A stretch of 58,728 bases of DNA from positions 1 through 58,728 of the forward strand of contig CDMY01000522.1 of assembly GCA_001179505.1 (NCBI GenBank). The letters are read 5' to 3'. The position numbers and the translations under genes were made by a program. Shown piece after piece: positions 44,501 through 55,895 of the stretch. The number at the start of each line of letters is the position of its first letter. Position 1 is the stretch's first letter. The notes beneath the pieces are model-generated. The model did not search any database and was not told the origin of the DNA. It saw only the letters and a list, made by a program, of their open reading frames with translations. The DNA comes from Vitrella brassicaformis CCMP3155 (taxonomy: Eukaryota; Protista; Chromerida).

Positions 44501-47500
44501 CTCGCCGACGGCTGCTTGGGGTCGCTCGGCGCCTCCAGGTGCATCGAAGAAGCCACCCCTCCCCCAGACTCTCTCTGCTGCGATGGGGCTCCCTCGCCGC
44601 CTTTCCTCTCTTCAAGGCTGCGGCGCCTCTCCGCCATGGAGGGCGACTTCCTGATGTCGCCCGTGTTGGTGTTTTCCACTGGGATGCGGTCCAAGGCCGA
44701 GGGCAGGTCGGTGGGGGACAATGGCGAGTCGTCTGACGGCATGGGGGGGAAGGGGGGCGACGGGTGGCTGGAGGGGGTGGACGGCACCGCTGTCGGCTTG
44801 CTCACGGAGAGCTCAGCCGCCTGCAGTGCATCCAGGCGGTGGGTTCTGTTGCCTGGGTCTGGTCTCTCTCTGTGTGGGGTTTAGGTGTGCTGCTGACCTA
44901 CTTACCTTTTTCCAGGACATGAGCTGGCTGCCCATTGCGTGGCAGATGACGGTCGATGTCAGCGGCCCCCAGTGCAGGAATATCCGAGACCGCACAGACG
45001 TCTTCTTCCCGCCCGCCCGGCGGCTCTCGGGCGATTCGGCCTCACCACCTTCACCACCTTCACCTCCACCCTCCCCGCCACCAGCACCAGCAATAGCACC
45101 GCCCACAGAGAAAAAGGCCGTCTCGTCTGCAGCAGTGTCGGCGCCTCTTGTGGTCTTGTCACCGCTCATTTCCTCCATCCACTCGCGCAGCTCGCCCCTG
45201 GCGCCGGAGAGGAGGTCGTGGATGGTCTTTTGCGTGAAGAAGTCTGCTGATGTGAAGATGGTGTCCTGGGTCTTGAAACGATGCAGGTCGAGGGCTGACA
45301 GATGGGTGGACCTGCACAGACAGAGAGGGTGGGGAGGGTAGAAAGTATGCAAGCTCTGTGTGTGTGTTGTGTGTGTGTGTGTGTTTGTGTGTGTGTGCGT
45401 GTGTGTGTACGCTCTGTGCATTGAAACGGACGTCTTGGGTGAGGACTCAGTGCTCGGCCGCGGGCTCGACACACCCTGTCATTCGCACGCCCACACAGAC
45501 AGACAGACAGACAGACGCACGTGCACGGCTACACCCATCCCGTCTCTCCCCCTCCCACACTGATCACCCGTGTGGTCTTCTGTATCGACACATCCTCATT
45601 GGCTTGCATCTCAATGTCACTCAGATGCACCACAGACCCGCCGCCACCACCACCACCACCACCAGCCGTGTTGTTATCCCCCCCACCACCGTCCAGGTGC
45701 CCCTGTGTGGGCTTGCGGCTGGTAAACGTGTTGTCTCGGTGCAGAAAGGTGGTCGACGGCAGCCAACAGGGGTAGTCGGCAGGTTCGTCAGCCACCATCA
45801 GTGCCTTGAGGTCGAACCCCATGGCGAGAGCGTCCCTGATCTGCGCCCGCCAGACCTGGTTGCGGAGCGTCTTTGTGGCGGCGACGATGAGGAGGACGCC
45901 CTCGTCCTGCTCCTTGATGCGCGTGACGTTTTGGGTGGTGACCAGCCGGGTGAGCTCCTTTGGCGAGTGGATCATCTTGACCTTCATGTCGCAGAGGGTG
46001 GCCACGTAGTCGAGCTTGGACTTCTCGGCGTCAGACAGGCCTATGCCAACCAGGATACGATCCTCTAGCTGATGGAGGGAGGGAGGGATGGACACGGGGG
46101 AGGCAGGCAGACACAGCAACTGCGTGTGTGTGTGTGTGTGTGGGTGTGGGTGTTGTGCGCGCGCCTGTGCGAGTGCGAGGCTGGGCGGTATTGGCATGTC
46201 GCTTCTGTCGCGGCGACCGAACACCTCAAACGACAAAGCAAAGGTGGAGCCCTTCTCCTGGGGAGGGACAGACACGCGATCAGAGGGATGCGGGCAGGAC
46301 AGGCATCGTATTGTGTGTTGTGGGTGGGGTGGTATCCTCACTCACCGCAGCGGAGAGCACATTCAGGTTCCCTCCGATGGCTCGGATGAGCCGCCGAATC
46401 ACAGCGAAATGCAATGTCGACACCGAGTCCTACACACGACACGCACCATCAGACACACAGACAGACACATCCCTCCCCAATCGCTCGCTCCCGTGACAGA
46501 CTCACGGACCTTGAAAGCATTGTGCACATCGCTTTCGGAGAGGATCTTGTTGGAGTCTTTGACCTCGACCTTGATGGTGTATCTGTGGCTCATGAGAGCC
46601 ACGTTGGGGTTGCTGCCTGTGGCCGCCGGGGCGGCCACGCGGTTGGTCACCACCACAAACATGTCGATGGTGCCCTTGCTGTGGGAGGAATGCGTTATGG
46701 CGTTGAGCAGCAGAGACTCCAAGACCTGCAGAAATGGCAGACACAGAGAGAGATCGGCGGATGTGCACGTGTGAGAGCGCGACTTCGGTCACCCACCTGT
46801 GAGAGCGCAGCTTCGTTAGAGAGCACCTGGGAGGGGAGGCCTACACAGACCACACACACACACACATTCCCCCCTCGGCGGCCGGCCGGCACAGGATTGC
46901 GTGTGGCGCGTCTGTGCGTACCAGGTCCCAGTCGGCATCTTATGTTGAGCCCCTGCCTCGCTGCCCGTGGGGCATACGCCTCGATCGCCCGCTCAGCCAC
47001 AGACACGAACGAGAAGAAATCCTGACCGTAGTAAGCAACACGAGAGTAGAGTGTGTTTACAGATGCCTCCCTCGTTTGCAGCACTGGGACAGCTCACGTT
47101 CTGTGGGATCGCCTTGCGGGTCTCCTCGGCAGTGAGCGACTCCAGACGGGCGAACTGAGTCAGCTGACGAACAGGGGAGCGACGCAGCAACCAGCCAGGT
47201 GATTCTGTGTGGTGTCTGTGTGTGTACCTGGATGATATTGCCGTACAGCAGCTGGGCGATATGTGCCATGGCCTGCATCGTCACCCACAGCGGCAGATTC
47301 CACCCGAGCGGCGCTGTGGTTGACACAGGCGCAGACGATGGCCCCTTCACCATAGCTGCCCATATCCACCATCCAATCCAACACCGGTGACCCAACAAAC
47401 AAACAAGCACACACACGAATGGCTGCACCATGCACCACCCGGCCCAGCTAAGGTACCCTACCCTTGTGTTGGTCGGTGGAGTTGATCATGGTGGCGGCGA

Positions 47501-48948
47501 AGGCCATGAGGGCGATCAGCCGTGCCCGCATCCGCAGGTCGAGGATCTCGCTGATGTACCCCAACGACGCGCGCAGCCGGCTGCTCTCAAACTCCACCCT
47601 GTCTGTCAGCTCCTTCAGCTACACGCACACATGAAGGGGGACGACCCGTATCATGATGTGTGTCGGCTCGGCGCGGCAGGTGCGCTGCGCTGACCTGTGA
47701 GATGTTGGTGCCTCCCGGGCTGATGGGTGAGAGTATGAAGTATCCGAACAGCAGCAGGCCGAGGAGGAAGGTGACGAGGCCCAGCAGGATGGGAAACAGG
47801 AGGAAGTAGTTCTGATCCTTCAGCTCCATGGCGTCCACTATCGACGACTGCAGCTCCTTCACACTCTGCACACACACACACACACACACGCACGTTCGAT
47901 CCCCCACTGCACTCACTCAGCTCACGCACCACTTGGTAGGTATCGAGTGCGGTGTCCAGGTCCTTCATGAGCACGTCGAGTGCGTCACACCCCACTGCAT
48001 CCAGCAGCCCGTCGCGCAGCGCCGCCACAGCCGACGCCACACTCGCCACCTGACCCTTAACGCGACTCGACGCAAACGATCCCGTAAAAGTCACCCCAAG
48101 CCCATCGAGGTCCCGAAAGTGCGCGTCAGCCGCCCTTATGCCGGTGGCCTTGCCGTCGAGGTCTCGCACCTCAGCGTCGGTCATGGTGGATGGGGGCTCT
48201 GTGGTGCAGACGGTGAGAGTCAGTGAGAGGGCCGTGGAGCGGAGGGACTGCGTGTAGAACATGAGTGTGGTGAGCTGGTCGGTGTCCTCTGGGAGGGGCC
48301 GGGTCTGGAAGGCGATCGCCTCGGCGATGATTATCGACAGCAAAGACAGCACAAACAGCACCGTCAACGCAGCTGCACACAACACATACACACGTGGAGG
48401 GACAGCAGAGGGAGGGACTCATGGCATGGGAGGGGTAGGGTGCATTCAGGGAGGCCCTGTGTGTGGTGTGCCGACCGACCAATGATGCGTATCCGTTGTC
48501 TTCTCTGCCGCGCCCTGAGGTCCATCTCGCGGCTGACCATCTTGGTGTCCACCATCATGTTCTGCGTGTCAGCCCACACAGACGGCCGCCGGTTGGCACG
48601 CCGGCTGGTCGGACTCCCACCACCTTCATCCACGCCGCCGCCCGACGGCGGCACCCCCGTCTTGTTGTCCTTGCCCTCAAACATGAGCAGGATGGAGCTG
48701 TCCCGCTGCTTGCCGCCCCCGCCATTTGCCATACCACCCGGCCCGATATCGCTCGAGTGGTCGTCGTCAAGAATGATGTTCTGGGTCTTGCGCATGTTGA
48801 GTGTGAGAGCCAGGGACGACAGCTGGCCGGTGCCCTTGTTCTTGTGAGGGTCCTGCAGCCGAGAGGGCCGCCGCATGAGCAGCCGCCCCGGCTTGCTGGT
48901 CTCCTCCTCCCCCGCGGCTGACAGTGTGCCGCCCGACGGGGAAGTCAT
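40530..48948 (-). CDS. Membrane sensor / degenerate histidine kinase (DHp + HATPase_c) / pseudo-receiver / class I cyclic-nucleotide phosphodiesterase fusion, multi-exon
   Basis: PDE: NPYHNFHH, AALCHDIGH, VLESYH, STDMTIH, HAADISNP, EFYNQ, QLGFIDFV. Upstream in-phase exons: TM1 (AALTVLFVLSLLSIIIAEAIAF), ~150-aa loop, TM2 (YFLLFPILLGLVTFLLGLLLFGYF), FSFVSVAERAIEAYAPRAARQGLNI, LSQVLESLLLNAITHS (N-box), IKVEVKDS, IRRLIRAIGGNLNV..EKGSTFALSF, and a receiver-like RILVGIG...TSRKP. Splice phases were checked from TM2 through the receiver; linker exons are less certain. Confidence 0.88.
41915..42010. repeat. Intronic (CA)n/(CACG)n microsatellite, representative of many intronic/intergenic simple repeats in the window
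   Basis: Direct reading; similar tracts at 1488-1510, 2375-2432, 5180-5200, 45360-45410 and 46125-46145. Confidence 0.9.
43219..43518. other. Assembly gap (300 N) inside a phosphodiesterase-gene intron
   Basis: Run of N. The flanking exons (…LAVSQ | PLYADP…) join in phase 0 without needing a hidden exon. Confidence 0.99.
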
Positions 48949-49542
48949 GACGGCTGGCTGGGGACTGGGTTGCGCTTGCCTGTCGATGAATCGCTGAAGT
49001 AAGTAAGGGTGAATGTCTGCTGCCGCTGCTCCGACTCAGCACCTCCTATTCGCCTCAGACAGTTCTTAGGGGCACGTTCTTCTCACGAGGAGCTGCTTCT
49101 GTTGTCTGAATAATGAAAGAGCCAGCCTGCTCGCCGCCTCTCGTGACTTCGAAGTCTTTCAACGTCCTTTCGGCGTTGGCGTATCCTCATGTGTGCACCC
49201 TGCAAAACACACATGACAGCCCCGTCCGTCACACTGACTGATAGACGAACACCGCCCGCCCGTGTCCCATCTACCGACCTGTATGACGCGAATCTCCCGA
49301 CCTGTATCTCTATCTTCACTCCTCTGTCGTTGATGATCTGACGGCACAAGGTTCGCAGAGAGGGAAAGACGCCGGCTGCATGCGAGCTCGCCAAGAGCCC
49401 CCACCAGGCCCCCTTCAAGTTGTCAAGTTCTCTTCAGTCAAGCGTTGAGCCATCGACAGACCTTCATATTGCTTGCCTTGCTCCACATTTCCCTCCCCAA
49501 CCGCACATCCGCACTGTTTGACCCTCCCCCACGGTACCAGCA

Positions 49543-50537
49543 ATGCCAGAGTTCAAGAGACGACTTCTACCAGCCCTCACCCATCCCCTCGTGCGGCAAG
49601 TCGTGCGGCTCCGACCACAGCCCCCTCCCCCCATCGAGAGGGTCCCCGATGAGCCCTCCCCCGTCACCCTCAGCAAGCGATTTGATGGCCTACTCAACAA
49701 ACTCATTATCCCACCCAAGGGGACCGAGGGGACCGCAGAGTGGCAGTGCTACGCGGGCAGAAGGCTGTATGCCCGGCAGTGCCACTCGGGCAGATGGGAG
49801 GGCAGCCCGTGCACCGTCAGCCAGGTGATGGGCATGAGGACATCGCTCTGCACGCTGGCAGAGGCGGAGGTGAGAGGGGAGGGAGGGAGGGAGGGAGGGA
49901 GGAGGGAATGGGAGAGACATGACATTGAGGTACTTTTTGCCTTCCTGCAGTCCCACTCCCCTTCGTTTTTCCGACGCCGACACACAGACCCAGAGCTCCA
50001 AGCCCGCCTGCAGAAGGTAGGTGTGCATGCTGAGAGACAGAGAGAGAGAGAGAGACATGCAGGACACCCTCTGTTTGCCGTGTGTGGCTGGTGCCTGTTC
50101 AGATACCAGCTCCTCCCCCACTGCCGCCGCGTCGCGTGCCATCGAGTGTGCTGAAGAAGGAGGAGGGTCGTTTGGTTGTGCGAGAGCCGACAGCGGGGCG
50201 CGGCACCCCAGCCAACTGCATCCATCCGCCTCTCCCCTTCCAGTCAGGCCTCCACTCTGAGGTTCCCCTAAGGTACATCCCTGCTCGTGCCGACGGCTAC
50301 ACACCGATGTCGGCTGTCCACCGCGACATGAACATCCATGCGGCCATCGATGTCTACGTGAAGCGACAGGCCAAGGCGAGGGCAAATGCTGTGGCTGAGC
50401 AGCTGGCGCTGCAGCAGGAGTATGCCTTGATGCGAGAAGTGGCCGCTGAGCTGGACGTCAAGAGACTGGCGGGGGAGACACGCAGGGCGATCCTGAGGGA
50501 GAGGGCGGGGTGGACACGCTGCTTTTGCTGCTCTTAA
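49543..50537 (+). CDS. Hypothetical protein (~275 aa), 3 exons, Cys-rich C-terminus (RCFCCS*)
   Basis: Exons 49543-49869, 49951-50016, 50103-50537 join in phase 0 via GT-AG introns. No recognisable domain. Confidence 0.6.
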
Positions 50538-51688
50538 TCTGGTGTATCGAGCAACGAGTGGGCTGGGGCGGTGGGGTACGACGACACGCGAAAGAGACAC
50601 GGCGGGGGGTTCAGAGGGAAAGGGCGATATGAGGTCGACGATTTTGCTGCTTCACGGGTCAAGGGGTCAGGGGGGGTGAAGGGCATCCAAGGGCTGGGGC
50701 GATCAACGACACGACAAGGGATTGAGCTGTGGGGCGCTTGCGTGACTCAGTGATACTTTTTGGAGACAGACAAGGCAAGAACGGCATCTTGGGCGAGCAA
50801 AGGGCAGGACGGCAGGAGGACCGATCGGACGGCTGGGCTTTCCCGCAGCCCAGGGACCAAGCAACGAAGCATGGCACCGAGGGAGGGATGGGTGGACGGC
50901 ATGTCCGACGCAACAAGGCGTCATTCGGCTGTGATGGGAGGGTCGCTGCCTCATCATCGGTGAGGGCCACCAGACGTCGACCCAGTACTGAGAGCACGGC
51001 GGGGGGTCAGCACTCAGAGGGCGACATCGACACGAGATCGGTCACCGCTGACGGGTCAGGCGGTGAGGGGGGCTGGACCAGCCAGCGACACGACAAGGGA
51101 GGGGTAAGGGCGACACGGGGGGCGCTGTTTGCTGGGGTATGACATCCATAATGATGATGATGATGAGGAGTCCTCCAAGCACCGGGCCCATCGATCGCAG
51201 GGGACGCCGCTGTTTCACCTCACTTCTCGTCGCGGCCGACATCAAGGAGCAGGTAAAGTACTGGTGCTCCAGTGTTCATGCCCTCATGCAATGGTGTCTC
51301 ATGCTGTGTGTTGTGCAGGTGTTTTGGGACACCAGCTGCCATGCACACCAGCTGCCATGCGAGAGATGAAGAGACACAGAGCGGGTTACCTACCGCGAGG
51401 GAGAGAGAAGGCTTTGTGGTGTCAGACTGGATTTCTCATTCGGCAGTGACGCCATCTGTGCACTCTGGCGTAAGACGTGTGTATGTCTCGTGTGTCGATG
51501 CCTTCCTTCTCTTGCCGTAAGGCTGGTCAATGGTCATGCAAAGGACGTTTCGACGGGTTTGTGCCTTGATGCTCGCGGAAGACCAACCATGCCATGGCCA
51601 TGCACTTGGTATACGTGTCTTCATGATCAACGCATGTGTGTGTGACACATGGAGCAACAACAGAGCAGCACTACAGTGCGTCAACGCA

Positions 51689-54600
51689 TCAAGTCCTCAG
51701 TGCCCCCGTCCTGTCATGGTCATGTCCCTCTGCTGCCTCTGCCTTCCTGAGCATCACCGCCCAATTGTTCGCATCAAAATACATCGACTCAACTGACGCA
51801 CCACACACACGGCCACACAGACCTATAGCACACACACATACACACACATGCACACACACATGCACACACAAATCCAAGAGACCTTCACGCGAATGAGGCG
51901 CTCTGAGCTCTCACTCAGTTCCTCACCGATCAGCTCGTCTTTCGTGAAGACGTGGTAGTATCGTTTGAGTTCCACCAGATGCTCCCGCGCTCCGCTCAAT
52001 TCGCCGCTCGGTGGACATGGTGTGTCGCTGCCCTCTGGTTGCGTCTCGCTGTCTGGTTGGTCTGCCTGTGAGCCAGACTCGTAGACCCTCTGGAGGTGCC
52101 ACGGCACGAACACTGCACCAAAGTACAAGGAAGGGCAGGCAGTGGGTGCAGGTACGTCTGATGAAGTGCTGTGTCTGTGTGTGTGGCGCTGACCGTCTTG
52201 TGAGTCGAATTGCCGTGCACCGATGGATCCCTGCTCCTGCTCGTACGCCCTGTACCATTAACAGACTGTCTGTCTGTCTGTCTGTGTGATAAAGCGCTCA
52301 CCAGACGTACACCAGGACGGCCCCACCGGACCTGACACATCGCACGAGCTCCTGCAGGGCGGCCAGCCTGCACGACATACAGACAAGACGGAGGGAGGAG
52401 ACGTGCTGGTGCGGTGGAGGCAGGCAGTCGTGGCATGATTGCTTTGCCGACCGACCTTCTGTCCTCACTCCCCAGGTGGTGGATGACGGCAATCGACAAG
52501 GCAGCGTCGGCGCAACCTGCAGACGCAACACATCACATGTTCGTCACGTGTCGGTTGCATCGGGGCCTGTGTGTGTGTGTGAGATTCTGACCGACCATCC
52601 CTGAAGTTGAGTCTGACGCTGTCGGCGACCAACACCTGAGCGTCAACGCCCAGCCTTTCCCTGATGGATGAATGGCATGGATGACCCACACACGACCTTG
52701 TAGTGCACTGATAGGTCCGGTGTGTCGCCTTTCTCCTCTCTTGCCTCGTGCCTGCAGACAGACACCGACCTGCATATCTCCACGAGGGGCGCCGAGCGGT
52801 CCGACCCGATGCACAGCACATTGGACGCCGCACGGAGGTACTTGCCGTTGCCGCAACCTGCACCGCCGTGCTCACGCGCACACATCAATCAATACATGCA
52901 GCTACTTCCTTACACCCATAACACACCTACCGGTGTCGAGCACAAGGCTGCCCGGCTGCAGCTGCTCCAGGAAGGCCTGCACCTTTGGCCATGGCTTGTA
53001 CCTCGTGTGGCTGAAGTGCCCCGCTATCTTGTCATAAACCTGATACACGTGGTCTTCCTCCAGCTGTGTGGCGGGCAGCGACACATCCACCGGCCGGCAG
53101 CTCTTGTCCGACGGCGGCATCTTGGGGCGTCCCTCTGACGGAGGCCGGGAGGCCTCGGAGGAGAACAGATAGTCGCTGGCCGCACCCTGAGCTGAGCGAG
53201 AGAAGCGGCCTTTCTCTCCATGTGTGTGGACATGGTGGGCCAGACCTTCTCACCGTTCTGCTTGATGCTCCGCATGACAACCATGAGTGCTCGACTCCGC
53301 GTGGCAACTGTGCCGCCAGTGAGTGCAGGCTCCTTGACGGCAGGGACGACGAAAGTCCATGCGTAGCGGGCCTCCCCTGTGCACACACAACCCACAGACA
53401 ATGAGCACGCAATACACCCTTCTCACTCACCCTGCATTGTCAGCATGTCGCCCTCGTTCAGCCACAGGCCCTCCACACGACCTGATCCATCCATCCATCC
53501 ATCCGTGTTGTTCAATGAGGAAAGAAATGCCAACCAATCATTAGCAATGGGAGGATTCTTGTGCCACGGACCTGCATGTGGGTTGAAGAGGCTAAGAGGC
53601 AGTGAGCCATGGACACACACAAAGGCGATCCAGTCCTGTAACAGACAGACAGACAGACACCCAATGCCGGCCGATGGATGGATGGATGGATGGATGGCAG
53701 GTGGCTGTCTATGAAGGCGCATGCTTACTCACATCGAATATGGCGTCAGACTCCAGGCAGTAATACTCGGTGCCCTGAATGACAGACACATCAGCCAAAC
53801 CGATCATGCATCCACCAAGTTCTTCGCATGAGTCTCATGTACCTTTCCAGGCAGCGCCTCGATGACGGTCGCTTGGTTCACAGCAATCGGTGGCGTCCTC
53901 TCGCCGAATGAGGCCACAATCCTGTCCACGAACCCCTCATGGAGCACCGCCCCAAGCCGCTTGACGCACTTGTGCCAATCCAGCATGTGGTTGCCGCGAC
54001 CATGAAACCCACAGCCGATGTGCAGCTCTGAGGGGAGGGAGCACACAGACAGAAGGCAATGAACGAACAAATGGATGACCTTGTCGCGTGCTGGACTGAC
54101 TGACCTCGTTGCCTTGACGCCTTGTTCCAGTTCTGGGCATCAACCTGCCGTCGGACAGTCTCGCAGTCGTCCTGCACCACCCATCCCCGCAGCAGCCGCA
54201 CACCCGCCCCAAGCGCAGCACTCCAGTTATCGCCCTGTCCACTGAAGTACGAGCAAGGGTCCTGCACACTGTCCAGGGCGCCCTCCTGCCCCTGCCACGA
54301 ACACAGCTCCGCGTATTCGGCATCGATGGGCAGAGAAATGCCGAGTGACTCCATCACCGAACGCAGCGAGGCACTGTTATCGTCAGCTTCGCCCTTGCTG
54401 CTGAGTATGGCCCGCACCTTGGCTGCTGTCGGCGCGTCGGTGAAGGATGCGAACAGGTAGTTGCGCTTGAGGATCAGACAGAGGGCCGCTGGCTGCAGGG
54501 CGGGCGGGAGGGAGGCGAAGAGCCGTTCCAGATGATCTTGCTGCAGCTGCGCGAGGCCGATGGATGGGATGAATAGATGGGGTGTGGGAGCTGATATGGT

Positions 54601-54760
54601 CATCGGGTGAGGAACGGGACGCCTGCAGAGTACCACAAAGGCAAGCAGGGCAGAAACTTGAGGGAGGGATGAAACTTCGAGATGCAGCCCAGCATGCAGT
54701 GATCTTTATCTTTGGGTACCGGAAGGGCGAAAGGGTGTGCCAAAGCGCTGTGATCTTCAT
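51689..54760 (-). CDS. ALKBH8: ALKBH8/Trm9-like tRNA wobble-uridine methyltransferase (RRM + degenerate AlkB-like domain + class I SAM methyltransferase)
   Basis: MTase: LEEDHVYQVYDKIAGHFSHTRYKPWPKV, VLDTGCGNGKYL, GSDRS, ALSIAVIHHL, GGAVLVYVW, RYYHVF, YFDANNWAVML. Upstream RRM-like block (PHLFIPSIGL...NYLFASF) and AlkB-like block (NQATVIEALPG...GEARYAWT...VMR). Confidence 0.9.
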
Positions 54761-55895
54761 GCGTTCTTTCTTCGGTCGCTTACAAGCTCGCCCAGATCAC
54801 GGATCGAACTCATTGCAGAGTTTCTTTTTTTCCTTTCTTCCCCTTTTTCTTTTCGCTTTTGAATCTCCGCCTTTCTCCACACAGACACAGACAGCACAAC
54901 ACGGGACAGCACAAGAGGGGAAAGGAAAATTCAATGCACGTCAGTCAGTCAGCCGTCATTGGGGTTATTGCCAACCATCCATCCATCGACTCATGCAACA
55001 CGTGGACATGTACAGGAATAGAGTCGGTCAGTATGTGTCTTCCCCATCTGCTGTACATGGTGCCTTGCTGTGCGACCGGGGGGGAGGGGAGCGCAGCCAA
55101 CTTTCGCTCATCTAGCTGTATCGATCTATCTGTCTGTCTGCCTATCGATTCACCCACGGTCTGTCTGTCTGTCTGTCTGTCGCACCCCACCACCCGGCCA
55201 CCTATACCCTCATCTATCTCTTTGTCCGCAATGGTGACATACACTCAATGGATAGCATCGATCTCATGGCATGCTTGTCCGTGTCTTTTGACCCATGCGG
55301 AGCGACGCTTCCTGTCTGCCTGTCTGTCTGCCTTTCGTCTGTTCCATCAATTTCTGGTTGGCCAAGTCGTTCGTGTGCATGTGAGCGGACTGTCTGCGCA
55401 CAGACCGACCTAACGAATGAAGCTCACACACGCCCAGATTGAGTACTGCGCTGCGGCCAGATTGAGTGCAGAATGTATGCGCGGGCAATCGATGCATGTA
55501 GGTATACACACGCCATGAATCCGTCCAAATATTCGCGAACGCATCAATCAATCAGCCATACGCACAACGTACACACACCCGGCCACGCGAGAAAGTCCCT
55601 TCACACACGCAACACACATGACATGCACACGCTCATATGCACACGCACACGCACAACACCCACGATTAAGCCAACCAGCCGGCTACCTCTGTCAATCAAT
55701 TCACCTGCTGCCCCATCCATCGTGCAGCCAACGGTAAAGCAGCCGATCCGGCAGCGACATCCGTCCATCCATCCATCCACACACACACACACACACAAAA
55801 AACACCTGCCTGCCTCCATCCCTCGTGCATCTATGTCGTCCACTACTCCTCCATCTCATCGTCACCGCCGCTCTCCAAATCCTCCTCCGAGTCAG

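Noticed and set aside
47260-47300. AMAHIAQLL as the phospho-accepting H-box
   Set aside because: By position it falls in the second DHp helix just before LTQFARLES. The H-box equivalent is more plausibly GYISEIL, which lacks His. An HMM alignment would settle it.
51130-51450. Possible small plus-strand spliced ORF (donor ~51253, acceptor ~51318) with a tandem CACCAGCTGCCATGC repeat
   Set aside because: Very short, no recognisable product, lies near the ALKBH8 3' end; insufficient support.
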